Below, one piece after another: positions 42,043 through 50,761 of a stretch of DNA of 64,000 nucleotides. The notes beneath the pieces are model-generated. The model was not told where the DNA came from. It made no database searches and worked only from the letters and a program-made list of their open reading frames with translations. Numbering within the stretch: position 1 is the stretch's first letter; each line of letters opens with the position of its first letter. Origin of the DNA: Clostridiales bacterium. GTDB lineage: Bacteria; Bacillota; Clostridia; Oscillospirales; Acutalibacteraceae. The translations under genes were made by a program, and so were the position numbers. Where the stretch lies: the NCBI GenBank assembly GCA_024684435.1, contig JAIKWV010000035.1, positions 4,343 to 68,342 on the forward strand, read 5' to 3'.

Positions 42043-42334
42043 TTTCTTCACCGCCTTTGATCGTTTCCGTTACTTTCCTTGCAAATTCATTAAGATTATC
42101 ATCGTCGTTTCCAAGCTCAATTATCTCCCTGCCCCTGCCGGAGAAAATAGCCTCGGACAGCTTGAGCAGCGTGGACTGGCGTTCGATGCCTATACCCTTT
42201 TGGGGATGCGCCATGATGATTAGGGAATCACCGGGGGTTATATCGAACATTTCCCGTATTTCCTTGGGAATAACGATCTGACCTTTTGCGCCTACCTTGA
42301 CCGTACCCATATAAGACGAAAATTTTTCCGCCAT
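42029..42334 (-). CDS. AbrB/MazE/SpoVT-family DNA-binding protein with an acidic C-terminal extension
   Basis: SpoVT-AbrB swapped-hairpin motif VKVGAKGQIVIPKEIREMFDITPGDSLII. The 3' end overlaps the ATPase start. Confidence 0.85.
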   Translation of the reverse strand: MAEKFSSYMGTVKVGAKGQIVIPKEIREMFDITPGDSLIIMAHPQKGIGIERQSTLLKLSEAIFSGRGREIIELGNDDDNLNEFARKVTETIKGGEENDGD

Positions 42335-42380
42335 CGCTTAAACCTCCCTAAAAGTATGAAAAGTATAACTTGTAATACAT

Positions 42381-42409
42381 ATTATACTTTACCGACTCAT
42401 TTTTGTCAA
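42381..42409 (-). promoter_or_regulatory. consensus sigma-A promoter of the AbrB-ABC operon
   Basis: Minus strand reads TTGACA-N17-TATAAT exactly. Confidence 0.75.
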
Positions 42410-42410
42410 G

Positions 42411-42448
42411 AAAAAAATACCGCCGACAGTTTTTACTGCCGACGGTAA
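42411..42448 (-). terminator. intrinsic terminator of the lipase gene
   Basis: Minus-strand RNA: ACCGUCGGCAG / loop / CUGUCGGCGGU (11 bp, two G-U pairs), followed by AUUUUUUU. Confidence 0.7.
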
Positions 42449-42464
42449 TTTTTAAAATAAAATT

Positions 42465-43970
42465 TTATGCGATCTTTTTGAAAAGCGAAGATATGAGTTT
42501 GAACAGCTCAACGACGATTTTTATTACACGTTCAATAACAGTGAGTTCCTTAGGATAGTTGTTATCCGGCAGTATCTGGTCATCAATGGCCTCATATACA
42601 AGGAATCTGGGATACTGCTCAAAGGTGTCAACCGTTGCCTGTTCCTCCTGTTCAAGGAGCATATCAATAAATTTTTCAAGGGAGTACGGCAGAGCGTCAT
42701 GCTTAAAAGCGCGTATGAACCATGTTCTGTCCGGGAACATACAGGTGGAAGCGTCCACCGTTTTATCAGGAGATATATATTCGGGAGCCACCGATTTGAT
42801 ATGATCCTCCGACAAAGTGGTCCTGTAGAGCGCGGTAGTTGCCCCGAAGGATGAAGCTCTTGTGTCTACCGTACCGTCGCTAAGCTGGGCGTATGAAGGC
42901 GTAACGGGCGCTGAGGTGTAACCGTAGCGTGAAATAACATACATATGAGCATCTTCATTGAGCTTGATGAGGGTCTCTTTTTTGTGGTCGCGTACAAGGG
43001 TATTGAACCGCTCCACCTTTGACTGGAGCGCAGTGTGCTCCTTATCCTTGAGAAGATCGTTAAAAACATAATCCATGCTCTCGTCAATGTCATCATCGGG
43101 GATCATTGCCCATATTGTCAGCCAACGGCAAAACATTGGCATCATTACTTGAGTGGACACCTGATAATTAACTTTGTCAAGCAACGCGTTCAAAGCAGCC
43201 GCAGTCAGATCAAACACACCCGCCGCGTCCGCAGCATCGATTATAGCTTTGACAAGATACTGATACTCCGTGGAATCGGCAAGATACGTCAGAAAATAGT
43301 CGAACGCCTTTCCGTTGAACTGCATTTTTCCGGACATAAGGTCTCCGGTATAGGACTCTCCGAACACTGCCGCCGCATTAAAGCATGCGCCCTGAACCTT
43401 TTCCGTACCGTAAATCGACACATAGGTCACCACGATAACACCGCCGAGGCTGTGGGCGCTGAGGTTTACCTTTTTCGCTCCCGAGCAATCAAGCACATAG
43501 TCTATAAAATCATTGAGCTGAGCCGCTATATCGATAGGATCAAGACGCCAGTCGTATTTAAATTCCAGCTTGCTGTTTTTGGTTATGGATGACGCCGCCG
43601 GGTACTCAAAATATACGCCGGAACTGTCTTTGACCTCACAGTTTTCGTCAAGGTAGACCTGGGACATGAGATCATTTGCCACATTGCAGGCCTCATCTCC
43701 GAAGCCCTCTATACCTCCATTGACATAAGCTGCCGCCAGCGCAGGCACAGAATCTTTCACTTTGCTGAAAATATCGTTCATGGAGGGCGGGAAAATATCC
43801 GGAGAGCTTTCATCCTCCTTGTCGCTGATTATGCGATGAGCCATAAAGCCGTGAACGTAGATCCTGGGACAGGCGCTGTCATTGTACGCCTCCCCCTCCG
43901 CCGCACTGATGGGAGCGCAGAATATCACAAGGGCAAGCAGGACCGAAATTATTTTGGTAAACAACTTCAT
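42465..43970 (-). CDS. secreted alpha/beta-hydrolase lipase/esterase
   Basis: Signal peptide MKLFTKIISVLLALVIFCAPISAAEG. Nucleophile elbow SAHSLGG. Confidence 0.8.
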   Translation of the reverse strand: MKLFTKIISVLLALVIFCAPISAAEGEAYNDSACPRIYVHGFMAHRIISDKEDESSPDIFPPSMNDIFSKVKDSVPALAAAYVNGGIEGFGDEACNVANDLMSQVYLDENCEVKDSSGVYFEYPAASSITKNSKLEFKYDWRLDPIDIAAQLNDFIDYVLDCSGAKKVNLSAHSLGGVIVVTYVSIYGTEKVQGACFNAAAVFGESYTGDLMSGKMQFNGKAFDYFLTYLADSTEYQYLVKAIIDAADAAGVFDLTAAALNALLDKVNYQVSTQVMMPMFCRWLTIWAMIPDDDIDESMDYVFNDLLKDKEHTALQSKVERFNTLVRDHKKETLIKLNEDAHMYVISRYGYTSAPVTPSYAQLSDGTVDTRASSFGATTALYRTTLSEDHIKSVAPEYISPDKTVDASTCMFPDRTWFIRAFKHDALPYSLEKFIDMLLEQEEQATVDTFEQYPRFLVYEAIDDQILPDNNYPKELTVIERVIKIVVELFKLISSLFKKIA

Positions 43971-43991
43971 TTTAAACTCTCCTTTTACGGT

Positions 43992-44039
43992 ATTGCCTTT
44001 TCATTGTAGCACAATATTGCCTTTTCATTGTAGCACAAT
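43992..44039. repeat. perfect 24-bp tandem duplication in the divergent promoter region
   Basis: ATTGCCTTTTCATTGTAGCACAAT appears twice, head to tail. On the minus strand each unit carries TGCTACAAT, an extended -10-like element facing the lipase gene. Confidence 0.9.
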
Positions 44040-44078
44040 ATTACAAAAATATCCATAGTTTTAATAAATTAAAAAATG

Positions 44079-44107
44079 TTGACAAAATAATATCCTGTAA
44101 ATATAAT
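44079..44107 (+). promoter_or_regulatory. consensus sigma-A promoter of the metallophosphoesterase gene
   Basis: TTGACA-N17-TATAAT exactly. Confidence 0.75.
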
Positions 44108-44134
44108 AAAATAGTGTTTAAAGGAGGACTACCC

Positions 44135-45100
44135 GTGAATATTTTAGGAAAAATATTTTCTTTATTTTTGTCTGTAATGTATTTTTTCACGCCCCTTACT
44201 CCCCCCGGCGTCAACGACCCCATCGCGGCATCCGATCAAAGCAAATTGAAATTTATAGCCTGGGCAGATCCTCAGGTATCAAATTATCTGCTGAAGCGTG
44301 AGCCCTATTTTTCCGCCGCCTGCATGGATGTTGAAAATTCAAATGAAGTCTTTGACGCCCTGCTTATCGCCGGAGATATAACGGAAAACAGTCTTGACTG
44401 CGAATGGCGGCACATGGCAGACAAGCTGCCAAAGGAAAATATAAGCAATTTTCTTATGGCGACCGGAAATCACGATATCCGTATGCAGTCATACAAGCGT
44501 TCCGTAAAAGAGTTCACGGAGTTTACAAACGGTCTTAACAAGGCGATAAACAGCGAGCTTACCGTGGACAAGCTTTACTATATGACAAAAATAAACAGCT
44601 ATACGTTCATTACCCTCGGTTCTGACAGAACAGAGTTTGAGGATGCGTATATTTCCGAAGCTCAGCTTAACTGGCTGGACAATTCCCTCAAGGAAGCCGC
44701 CGCGGACGGCAAACCGATATTTGTCACTTTACATCAGCCCTTCAAGCTTTCACACGGCTTGCCGGAAACCTGGGGCAGTCCGTTTGAATTTGCCGGAAGT
44801 GTTGGAAAACAGTCCGACGCGTTAAAAGCTGTGCTTTCAAAATATAAAAACGTTATTCTTATCAGCGGACACCTGCACACAGGCATCGGTCAGTATACAT
44901 ACGAATTGATAGACGGCATTCATTCCGTCAACCTGCCAAGCCTTACCATCGACAACAAGGACGGCCGCGTGAACGAAAATGGCATTGGCTTCTGGGTGGA
45001 GGTTTTCAGCCACCAGGTAGTTTTCCACGCCCGCAACTTTGCCCAGGGCAGAAATATCCCGGAGGAAGATATTGTTATTGAACTTAATGGGAACCTCTAA
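44135..45100 (+). CDS. secreted calcineurin-like metallophosphoesterase
   Basis: GDITEN, GNHD and GHLH motifs. Hydrophobic N-terminus. GTG 44135 lies 6 nt after AGGAGG; the ORF track gives 44114. Confidence 0.85.
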   Translation: MNILGKIFSLFLSVMYFFTPLTPPGVNDPIAASDQSKLKFIAWADPQVSNYLLKREPYFSAACMDVENSNEVFDALLIAGDITENSLDCEWRHMADKLPKENISNFLMATGNHDIRMQSYKRSVKEFTEFTNGLNKAINSELTVDKLYYMTKINSYTFITLGSDRTEFEDAYISEAQLNWLDNSLKEAAADGKPIFVTLHQPFKLSHGLPETWGSPFEFAGSVGKQSDALKAVLSKYKNVILISGHLHTGIGQYTYELIDGIHSVNLPSLTIDNKDGRVNENGIGFWVEVFSHQVVFHARNFAQGRNIPEEDIVIELNGNL

Positions 45101-45274
45101 GTATTCGATGCGTTCAGATTGCGAAGAGATTTTTTCATCAGATAAAACAAAAAGCGGAGTTAATACTTTGTGTATTGACGAGCATTTTTGTGAAATATGA
45201 TGGGAAAAGATCAAGCAAGATGAATGTATGAGAATTTTTAGAGGTGACCTAAATTAAAAGCAGGAGGTTTTATT

Positions 45275-46759
45275 ATGAACAGAATATATAAACGCACACT
45301 TTCGATCATTCTCTGCCTTTGTCTTTTATTCGGCGGCGCTTCCTTTGCGTCCTCCGCTCAGACAACAGATAATACCATTACAAGAGTAAGTTGCACCTTC
45401 AGCGCCGACTCCGGTACCTCAAGAAATTTCTGCTGGTACACTAAGACAAAAACCGGCAGCGACGTACAGATAATCAAAGCTGCCGATCTCAGGAACGGCT
45501 TTGACGGCGCCTTGAAATTCTCCGGCGATAAAGTCACCAAATTCCGCGGCGAATATTGCCACAAGGTAACGGCTGCAGGGCTTGAAGCCGGCACATATTA
45601 TGCCTACCGTGTAGGCGACGCAAAGCTTGATCTGTGGAGCGAAAACGGCACATTCATCACCGACGACGGCGACAGCAGCTTTTCCTTCCTGACCATAGCC
45701 GACGTTCAGGCAAGCAGCGATGAAAACTTTGCCCACGCCGCGGAGACGATGAAGGCCGCCATAGCCACCGACCCCAATGCGGAATTTACCGTAAATCTCG
45801 GCGACTTTGTGAACGATGACACCAACGATGAATGGGACTGGTTTTTCAAGAATTTTGCCTTTTCCAACATGAACACCACCCTTGCTCCCGTAGCGGGAAA
45901 CCATGACGGAAACATCACCAACAAGCTGAATATAAACGTGTTCAACTCCATGTTCAACCTCACCAATCCCAACACCGATTCGCTGGTCAACTGGGTAAAC
46001 GGAGTTTATTATTCCTTTGATTACGGCAACGCCCATTTTACTGTACTCAATACAAACGATATGTACCCCATGACACAGTCTCAGCGAAACTGGATCATAA
46101 ACGACGCTAAAAACTCCGACGCGGACTGGAAGATCGTGCTCATGCACCGCGCCGCATATTCCGTGGGCAAAAACATCAACAAACCCGACACCGTCATCAT
46201 GCGTGACGTGCTCCTGCCCCTGTTTGATGAAGCGGACATCGACCTTGTTTACGCCGGACATGACCACACATATTACCGTTCAAAACAGGTCAAGGGCGAC
46301 AAGCCTGTGGAAAACGTGACCTACGTCACAAAGGATTATAAGGGCGAGCAGATCGAATTTGCCGTAGATCCCGAGGGTTCCGTACACATCTGCCCCTCAA
46401 CGGCAGGCACAAAGCGTTATGTACTCTATGAAGGCATCGACCCCATCACGGAATGCGCCGCGTTTGAAGTCTCCACCCGTGATCTGGGCGGTTGCTTCAC
46501 CACAACTACCATAGACGGCAACAAGCTTATAGTAAAGTCCTATGCGGTGAACGATGAAACACAGGAAATTACGGAGATCGACCGCTACGCCATTGAAAAG
46601 GACATATCGCAAAGTCACGCTGAGGCAAGCAATTTGTCCACGTCAAACGCTGTTGACCTGCAAACCGGTATTACGAACTTCGTCAATGCGTTTATGGGTA
46701 TGTTATACAAATACCTGTTCGTACTCCTTCCCCAAGCAATACGCGCAAAAATGAAATAA
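45275..46759 (+). CDS. secreted purple-acid-phosphatase-like metallophosphoesterase
   Basis: Signal peptide. GDFVND, GNHD, VLMHRA and GHDHTYYRS motifs. An N-terminal beta domain precedes the catalytic core. Hydrophobic C-terminal segment. Confidence 0.85.
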   Translation: MNRIYKRTLSIILCLCLLFGGASFASSAQTTDNTITRVSCTFSADSGTSRNFCWYTKTKTGSDVQIIKAADLRNGFDGALKFSGDKVTKFRGEYCHKVTAAGLEAGTYYAYRVGDAKLDLWSENGTFITDDGDSSFSFLTIADVQASSDENFAHAAETMKAAIATDPNAEFTVNLGDFVNDDTNDEWDWFFKNFAFSNMNTTLAPVAGNHDGNITNKLNINVFNSMFNLTNPNTDSLVNWVNGVYYSFDYGNAHFTVLNTNDMYPMTQSQRNWIINDAKNSDADWKIVLMHRAAYSVGKNINKPDTVIMRDVLLPLFDEADIDLVYAGHDHTYYRSKQVKGDKPVENVTYVTKDYKGEQIEFAVDPEGSVHICPSTAGTKRYVLYEGIDPITECAAFEVSTRDLGGCFTTTTIDGNKLIVKSYAVNDETQEITEIDRYAIEKDISQSHAEASNLSTSNAVDLQTGITNFVNAFMGMLYKYLFVLLPQAIRAKMK

Positions 46760-46777
46760 GAATACATAAAATCAGTA

Positions 46778-46808
46778 CCGCAGGGAATTTTCTCTGCGGT
46801 ATTTTTTT
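46778..46808 (+). terminator. intrinsic terminator
   Basis: CCGCAG / loop / CTGCGG followed by TATTTTTTT. Confidence 0.75.
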
Positions 46809-46831
46809 GGCGCTTAAGCGACATAAAATGA

Positions 46832-46856
46832 GGGAGGGTGCGGAAGCCCTCCCCTG
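46832..46856. repeat. third locus of the NNGGAA-loop hairpin repeat (may also terminate the convergent minus-strand gene)
   Basis: GGGAGGGT / GCGGAA / GCCCTCCC followed by CTG. On the minus strand the hairpin is followed by TCATTTTAT. Confidence 0.7.
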
Positions 46857-46873
46857 TATACTGCGGTTATTAT

Positions 46874-48748
46874 TTACTCCTGCTCTTTTTTGCCCTCCGC
46901 CTCTGCAATTTCACGGGCGGTTATTTTTTTCTCCTCCTCCATCATTTTAAGACGGAGACCTTCATATATTTCCGGGGCAATATGGGGGTTACCCTTTGAA
47001 TAACTGGGTATAAGCTGATCCCCGGCAACTTTCGGGTCGGTACAGCGGGTATCGTTCCTCCACTTATCACGTTCCTCTTTGTTTCTGAGGTTCGGTACAT
47101 CCATGGAACTGCCGCCGTCAAGAACGGAAAAGTAGGCGAACATTCCAGGCAGGAACATATCCATCGCCTCGTAAACGTCGATAACATCGGCGTTTTTGTT
47201 GCCCCTGAGCTTCTGGACGAATTGATACATAAGGTAGAAATCAGCGCCGCCGTGACCGAATTTATCCGCCACATCATCCATTGCGCCTTCTACTGTAACT
47301 TCAACCGTTTTTATGTTATTGTCGCCCTCGTTTTCATCGCAGTTTATGAACATCTTTTTAATGTCAAAGCAGTCCCCTTCTTCGCGGATGCTTTCGATCC
47401 TGCCCTTTGAACCGTAAATGGAATACCATATAGAGTTGCGGGAGGGACCGACACCGTGGAAGCTTTTGAGCACCGCTCCGCTTTCAAGGGTTATCATCTC
47501 CACCGCCATGGGACCTGCCTTAGCGCCCATGCGCTCCATACGCTTATTAAAAGGCACCTCAAAGCCGGAAACCTTTACCGGACGCTCCCCTGAAATATGG
47601 ACAAGGGGACCTATTGAGTGGGTGCAGTAATAGAACGCGGACATAGTATTGCGCCAGTGATCGGGATTGCCTATTGTGAGAAAGAACCAATCCGGCTCAC
47701 AGTTGTGTATATACTCCCCTTCTCCGTATTCAAAGCTGCCGAGAACGCCCTCACGGTACAGCGCCCTCATTTCCCGGGGGGCCGGCATAAAGCAGTTGTT
47801 TTCCGCATAGGCGTAGATCTTTCCGCTCTCTTCTACAGCCTCCACAAGCTCCACAGCCTCTTTCATGGTCTGTACGGGTAAAACCTCGCTGAGGACATTT
47901 TTGCCCGCTTTAAGGCATCTTATGGCGTAGGGAGCGTGCTCATTTGCGTAGTTCGCAATGACCACGGCGTCCATGTCGTGCTTGATAAATTCGTCAAAAT
48001 CCGTATAGTATGTGACCGACTCTCCGAATTTGCGCCTTGCCCTGTCAAGCTGCCACTGCCACGCGTCGCACACTGCGACAAGCTCGCTGTTATTGGAGGC
48101 TCTGCAATAATCCATCATGGACTGACCTCTGCCTGCGCCGAATACGCCTATTCTGACCTTTTTGCACTTGCTTTTGCGATAAATTACCTGATAAGGAGTC
48201 AGGTCTTCATAAAGCATCTGAACGCTGTCAACGTTCAGATCTTCAAGTACTGCCTCCCACCTGTCCTGCATACCGATATCGTAATCCACAGGAAGAAAAT
48301 CCGCGGAAAGGTAGCTCTTTATCGCGCTTCTGCGGAACTCGTCGGTAGTAAGAAAGGCGTACTTCACTCCGTCGCTCTGAAGCTTTCGCTTCGCGGCGGC
48401 AAGCAGATATTTTGCAAGGCCCTTACCCCTGAATTCCGGACAAATGCCCACCATATGTACGTTTCCGGCGCCGTCGTCTCTAACAAAAGCCGTTATTGTT
48501 CCGGCGGCTTTGCCCTGATATTTAAGGAAAAACACATCGGAGTAAGGGTCGATCCTTGTTATGCTTGTGATCGCATTATCAAAGGCTTCCGTACCGATAC
48601 TTTCATCTATAAGTCTGCCGTCACTGCAGCAGTCGCACCACAGTTTTTTATCCTCTTCTCCCTTGTAATTTTCAAGGGAATATCCCGACGGCAGATCAAG
48701 TGTGACAACGTTTTCGGATACCTGCCAGCACATTTTAAGCTGTTTCAT
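46874..48748 (-). CDS. fusion protein: N-terminal GNAT acetyltransferase plus Gfo/Idh/MocA-family NAD(P) oxidoreductase
   Basis: GNAT motif A GICPEFRGKGLAKYLLAAA at about aa 95-115. Rossmann VRIGVFGAGRGQSMM at about aa 198. 624 aa in one frame. Confidence 0.8.
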   Translation of the reverse strand: MKQLKMCWQVSENVVTLDLPSGYSLENYKGEEDKKLWCDCCSDGRLIDESIGTEAFDNAITSITRIDPYSDVFFLKYQGKAAGTITAFVRDDGAGNVHMVGICPEFRGKGLAKYLLAAAKRKLQSDGVKYAFLTTDEFRRSAIKSYLSADFLPVDYDIGMQDRWEAVLEDLNVDSVQMLYEDLTPYQVIYRKSKCKKVRIGVFGAGRGQSMMDYCRASNNSELVAVCDAWQWQLDRARRKFGESVTYYTDFDEFIKHDMDAVVIANYANEHAPYAIRCLKAGKNVLSEVLPVQTMKEAVELVEAVEESGKIYAYAENNCFMPAPREMRALYREGVLGSFEYGEGEYIHNCEPDWFFLTIGNPDHWRNTMSAFYYCTHSIGPLVHISGERPVKVSGFEVPFNKRMERMGAKAGPMAVEMITLESGAVLKSFHGVGPSRNSIWYSIYGSKGRIESIREEGDCFDIKKMFINCDENEGDNNIKTVEVTVEGAMDDVADKFGHGGADFYLMYQFVQKLRGNKNADVIDVYEAMDMFLPGMFAYFSVLDGGSSMDVPNLRNKEERDKWRNDTRCTDPKVAGDQLIPSYSKGNPHIAPEIYEGLRLKMMEEEKKITAREIAEAEGKKEQE

Positions 48749-48810
48749 AAAACCACCTCATTTATTTTCTTTAACTTCAGTATAGTGACAGCGAATTGCC
48801 ATGTCAATAT

Positions 48811-49239
48811 CTATTTCAGATTTATAAACGCAAGTCCCACCATGCAGATGCCTACCCCCAGGAGTTTGTTCCATGAGAGTCTTTCCTTATAGAGCAGAGT
48901 ACCTACAAAAATAAGAACTATGCCCAGAGCGGCGCACTGCGCGATCTGCGCCGTGCTGACAGGCCAGCCTGCTTTGTAAGCGTATATCCAGCCCGCCTCA
49001 AGACCCACTACGATAAGACCCAGCGCCGCAGGCGCCCAGTTGAGCTTTTTGTACTCCTGCAGGATGTTTGCATCTTTGTTCAGAGCAAAGTACAAAACGG
49101 CGGAAATGACCGCGCCTATAAGATATGTTACCGTAAGGGACGCGAATGGGTCCATTTTTTCAGGCACTGACTTCGCGCATATCTGATAAAACGTGTTTGA
49201 TATTATTACCAGCGCCAAAGGCCAGATATAACTGAACAT
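48811..49239 (-). CDS. small EamA/DMT-like membrane protein
   Basis: 142 aa with four to five hydrophobic segments. The family call is tentative. Confidence 0.6.
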   Translation of the reverse strand: MFSYIWPLALVIISNTFYQICAKSVPEKMDPFASLTVTYLIGAVISAVLYFALNKDANILQEYKKLNWAPAALGLIVVGLEAGWIYAYKAGWPVSTAQIAQCAALGIVLIFVGTLLYKERLSWNKLLGVGICMVGLAFINLK

Positions 49240-49289
49240 TTTTGTTCCTCCTGTTTTAAATCGGAATTATTTTATCGACAAATTACGAT

Positions 49290-50054
49290 CTATCTCTTTT
49301 TGTAAATCACAAGCTCCGGATCGGCTCCTTCCGCTCCGTAAGTACATACCAGTATAAAGTCCATATTCGCAAGCACTCCGAAGCAGCGGTCTCCGCCGAA
49401 CTCCGGTTCCAGCTGATTTCCAAGATATGTGGTTTGATCATCCAGGAATTTCACCTTTGCTCCGTTGGGAAGCCTGTATTCAAGATTGACGTACTGTCCC
49501 ACAAGGGCGTTGAGTTTTTCCACTTTGGGCATACCTTCAACGTTAAGGGCGTTGATCTCCTCGATCAGCTGTTTTTTGAACGCCTCAAACTGCCCGTCGT
49601 CGCTGAGCTCTTCGTATCTCTTCCAGTAATCCAACGTGGGCAGCACCTGCTTCATGTAGGCTCTTGCCTGTTCCTCGGAAAAGTTTTCGTTTGCCATGTG
49701 CTTGACGCAGACTTCTATAAGGTCATCCATATTGCTGTATGTGTAAGTCCCGTCGGCATAGCACCACTGGCAATAATCCTCATTGAATGAGCCGTCCTTG
49801 TTTCTGCTGATGAGGCTGTCCTCAAGTGGCATACCGCAGCACTGACAGATTAGCTTTTTCGGCGACCCTAACAGCGTGTTGATGGAAACGTCGAAAAGCT
49901 CCGACAGTAATTTTAACGTATCTGTGTTGGGTACTGTTTCGCCGTTCTCCCACCGTGAAACCGCCTGACGGGTCACAAACACCTTTTTTGCCAGCTCGTC
50001 CTGAGACAAGCCCTTCTTCGTTCTGAGTTCATACAATACTTCTTTTGTGTTCAT
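49290..50054 (-). CDS. XRE-family HTH regulator fused to a zinc-ribbon and a C-terminal domain of unknown function
   Basis: HTH LSQDELAKKVFVTRQAVSRWENGETVP. Cys pairs CQCCG...CQWC. ATG 50054 follows AAGGAGG. Confidence 0.85.
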   Translation of the reverse strand: MNTKEVLYELRTKKGLSQDELAKKVFVTRQAVSRWENGETVPNTDTLKLLSELFDVSINTLLGSPKKLICQCCGMPLEDSLISRNKDGSFNEDYCQWCYADGTYTYSNMDDLIEVCVKHMANENFSEEQARAYMKQVLPTLDYWKRYEELSDDGQFEAFKKQLIEEINALNVEGMPKVEKLNALVGQYVNLEYRLPNGAKVKFLDDQTTYLGNQLEPEFGGDRCFGVLANMDFILVCTYGAEGADPELVIYKKR

Positions 50055-50128
50055 AATAATACCTCCTTGTATATTGATTCTAATACAGAGATACCTTCGA
50101 TACAAGCAACCTGCTGTTGCTATGACAT

Positions 50129-50416
50129 TTACAGCAGTCTATTCATGCCTTCCAAAAGAACCGGATGCCCGTCCACATATTTGTTTCTGAACCGTTCCGC
50201 CGTTTCTCTGTCTGCAATGATCTCTTTGGGATACTTTTTATTTATTTCATCATATTCTGCTTCGCTGATCTCGCTTGTTGTTATATAATCGTCGTTTCTG
50301 TTGGGATAGCCGTGCCATGCAAAATACTGCCTTTTTCCGTCAACGGTCCTGTATCCGCAGCCGAATCTAACCTGATTTGAGATCAATCGAAAGTTGTAGT
50401 CTTTTTTATTATTCAT
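50129..50416 (-). CDS. hypothetical protein (95 aa)
   Basis: ATG 50416 follows GGAGAAAGAG and overlaps the upstream stop by 8 nt. No motif recognised. Confidence 0.55.
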   Translation of the reverse strand: MNNKKDYNFRLISNQVRFGCGYRTVDGKRQYFAWHGYPNRNDDYITTSEISEAEYDEINKKYPKEIIADRETAERFRNKYVDGHPVLLEGMNRLL

Positions 50417-50735
50417 CTTTTCTCTTTCTCCTGAAAAAATGTTTTCTCCCATTAACCCGTTTTTTATCGAAATACCGAATCGTTTCATCGGTCATGGCAT
50501 TAATAAGCTCCTCTTCACTGCGGAACCCCTCCGGCAGTTTAAAGCCCATTGAATACCACGCCCCCGGATAATCCCATTTTTTGTAACAGTAATCATCAAT
50601 AGTAAATCTGTCTATAACAAACTTGATATCCGGATCGATCATCTGCGCCTTTTTCAGCGCGGCGGCTCTGATCTCACTGACCTTCTTTTCCTCCGCTTCG
50701 GAATCCCTCAAAATATCGTTATCATAAGAAACCAT
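50409..50735 (-). CDS. hypothetical protein (108 aa) with a basic C-terminal tail
   Basis: ATG 50735 follows GGGGTG. Ends in RVNGRKHFFRRKRKDE. No motif recognised. Confidence 0.55.
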   Translation of the reverse strand: MVSYDNDILRDSEAEEKKVSEIRAAALKKAQMIDPDIKFVIDRFTIDDYCYKKWDYPGAWYSMGFKLPEGFRSEEELINAMTDETIRYFDKKRVNGRKHFFRRKRKDE

Positions 50736-50761
50736 ATGACACCCCATAAAAAAGCTGAATT

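Noticed and set aside
45109-45201. 30-aa Cys-containing ORF between the two phosphoesterase genes
   Set aside because: It has no SD, and it lies in a promoter-like AT-rich gap that also contains a TTGACG..TATGAT candidate.
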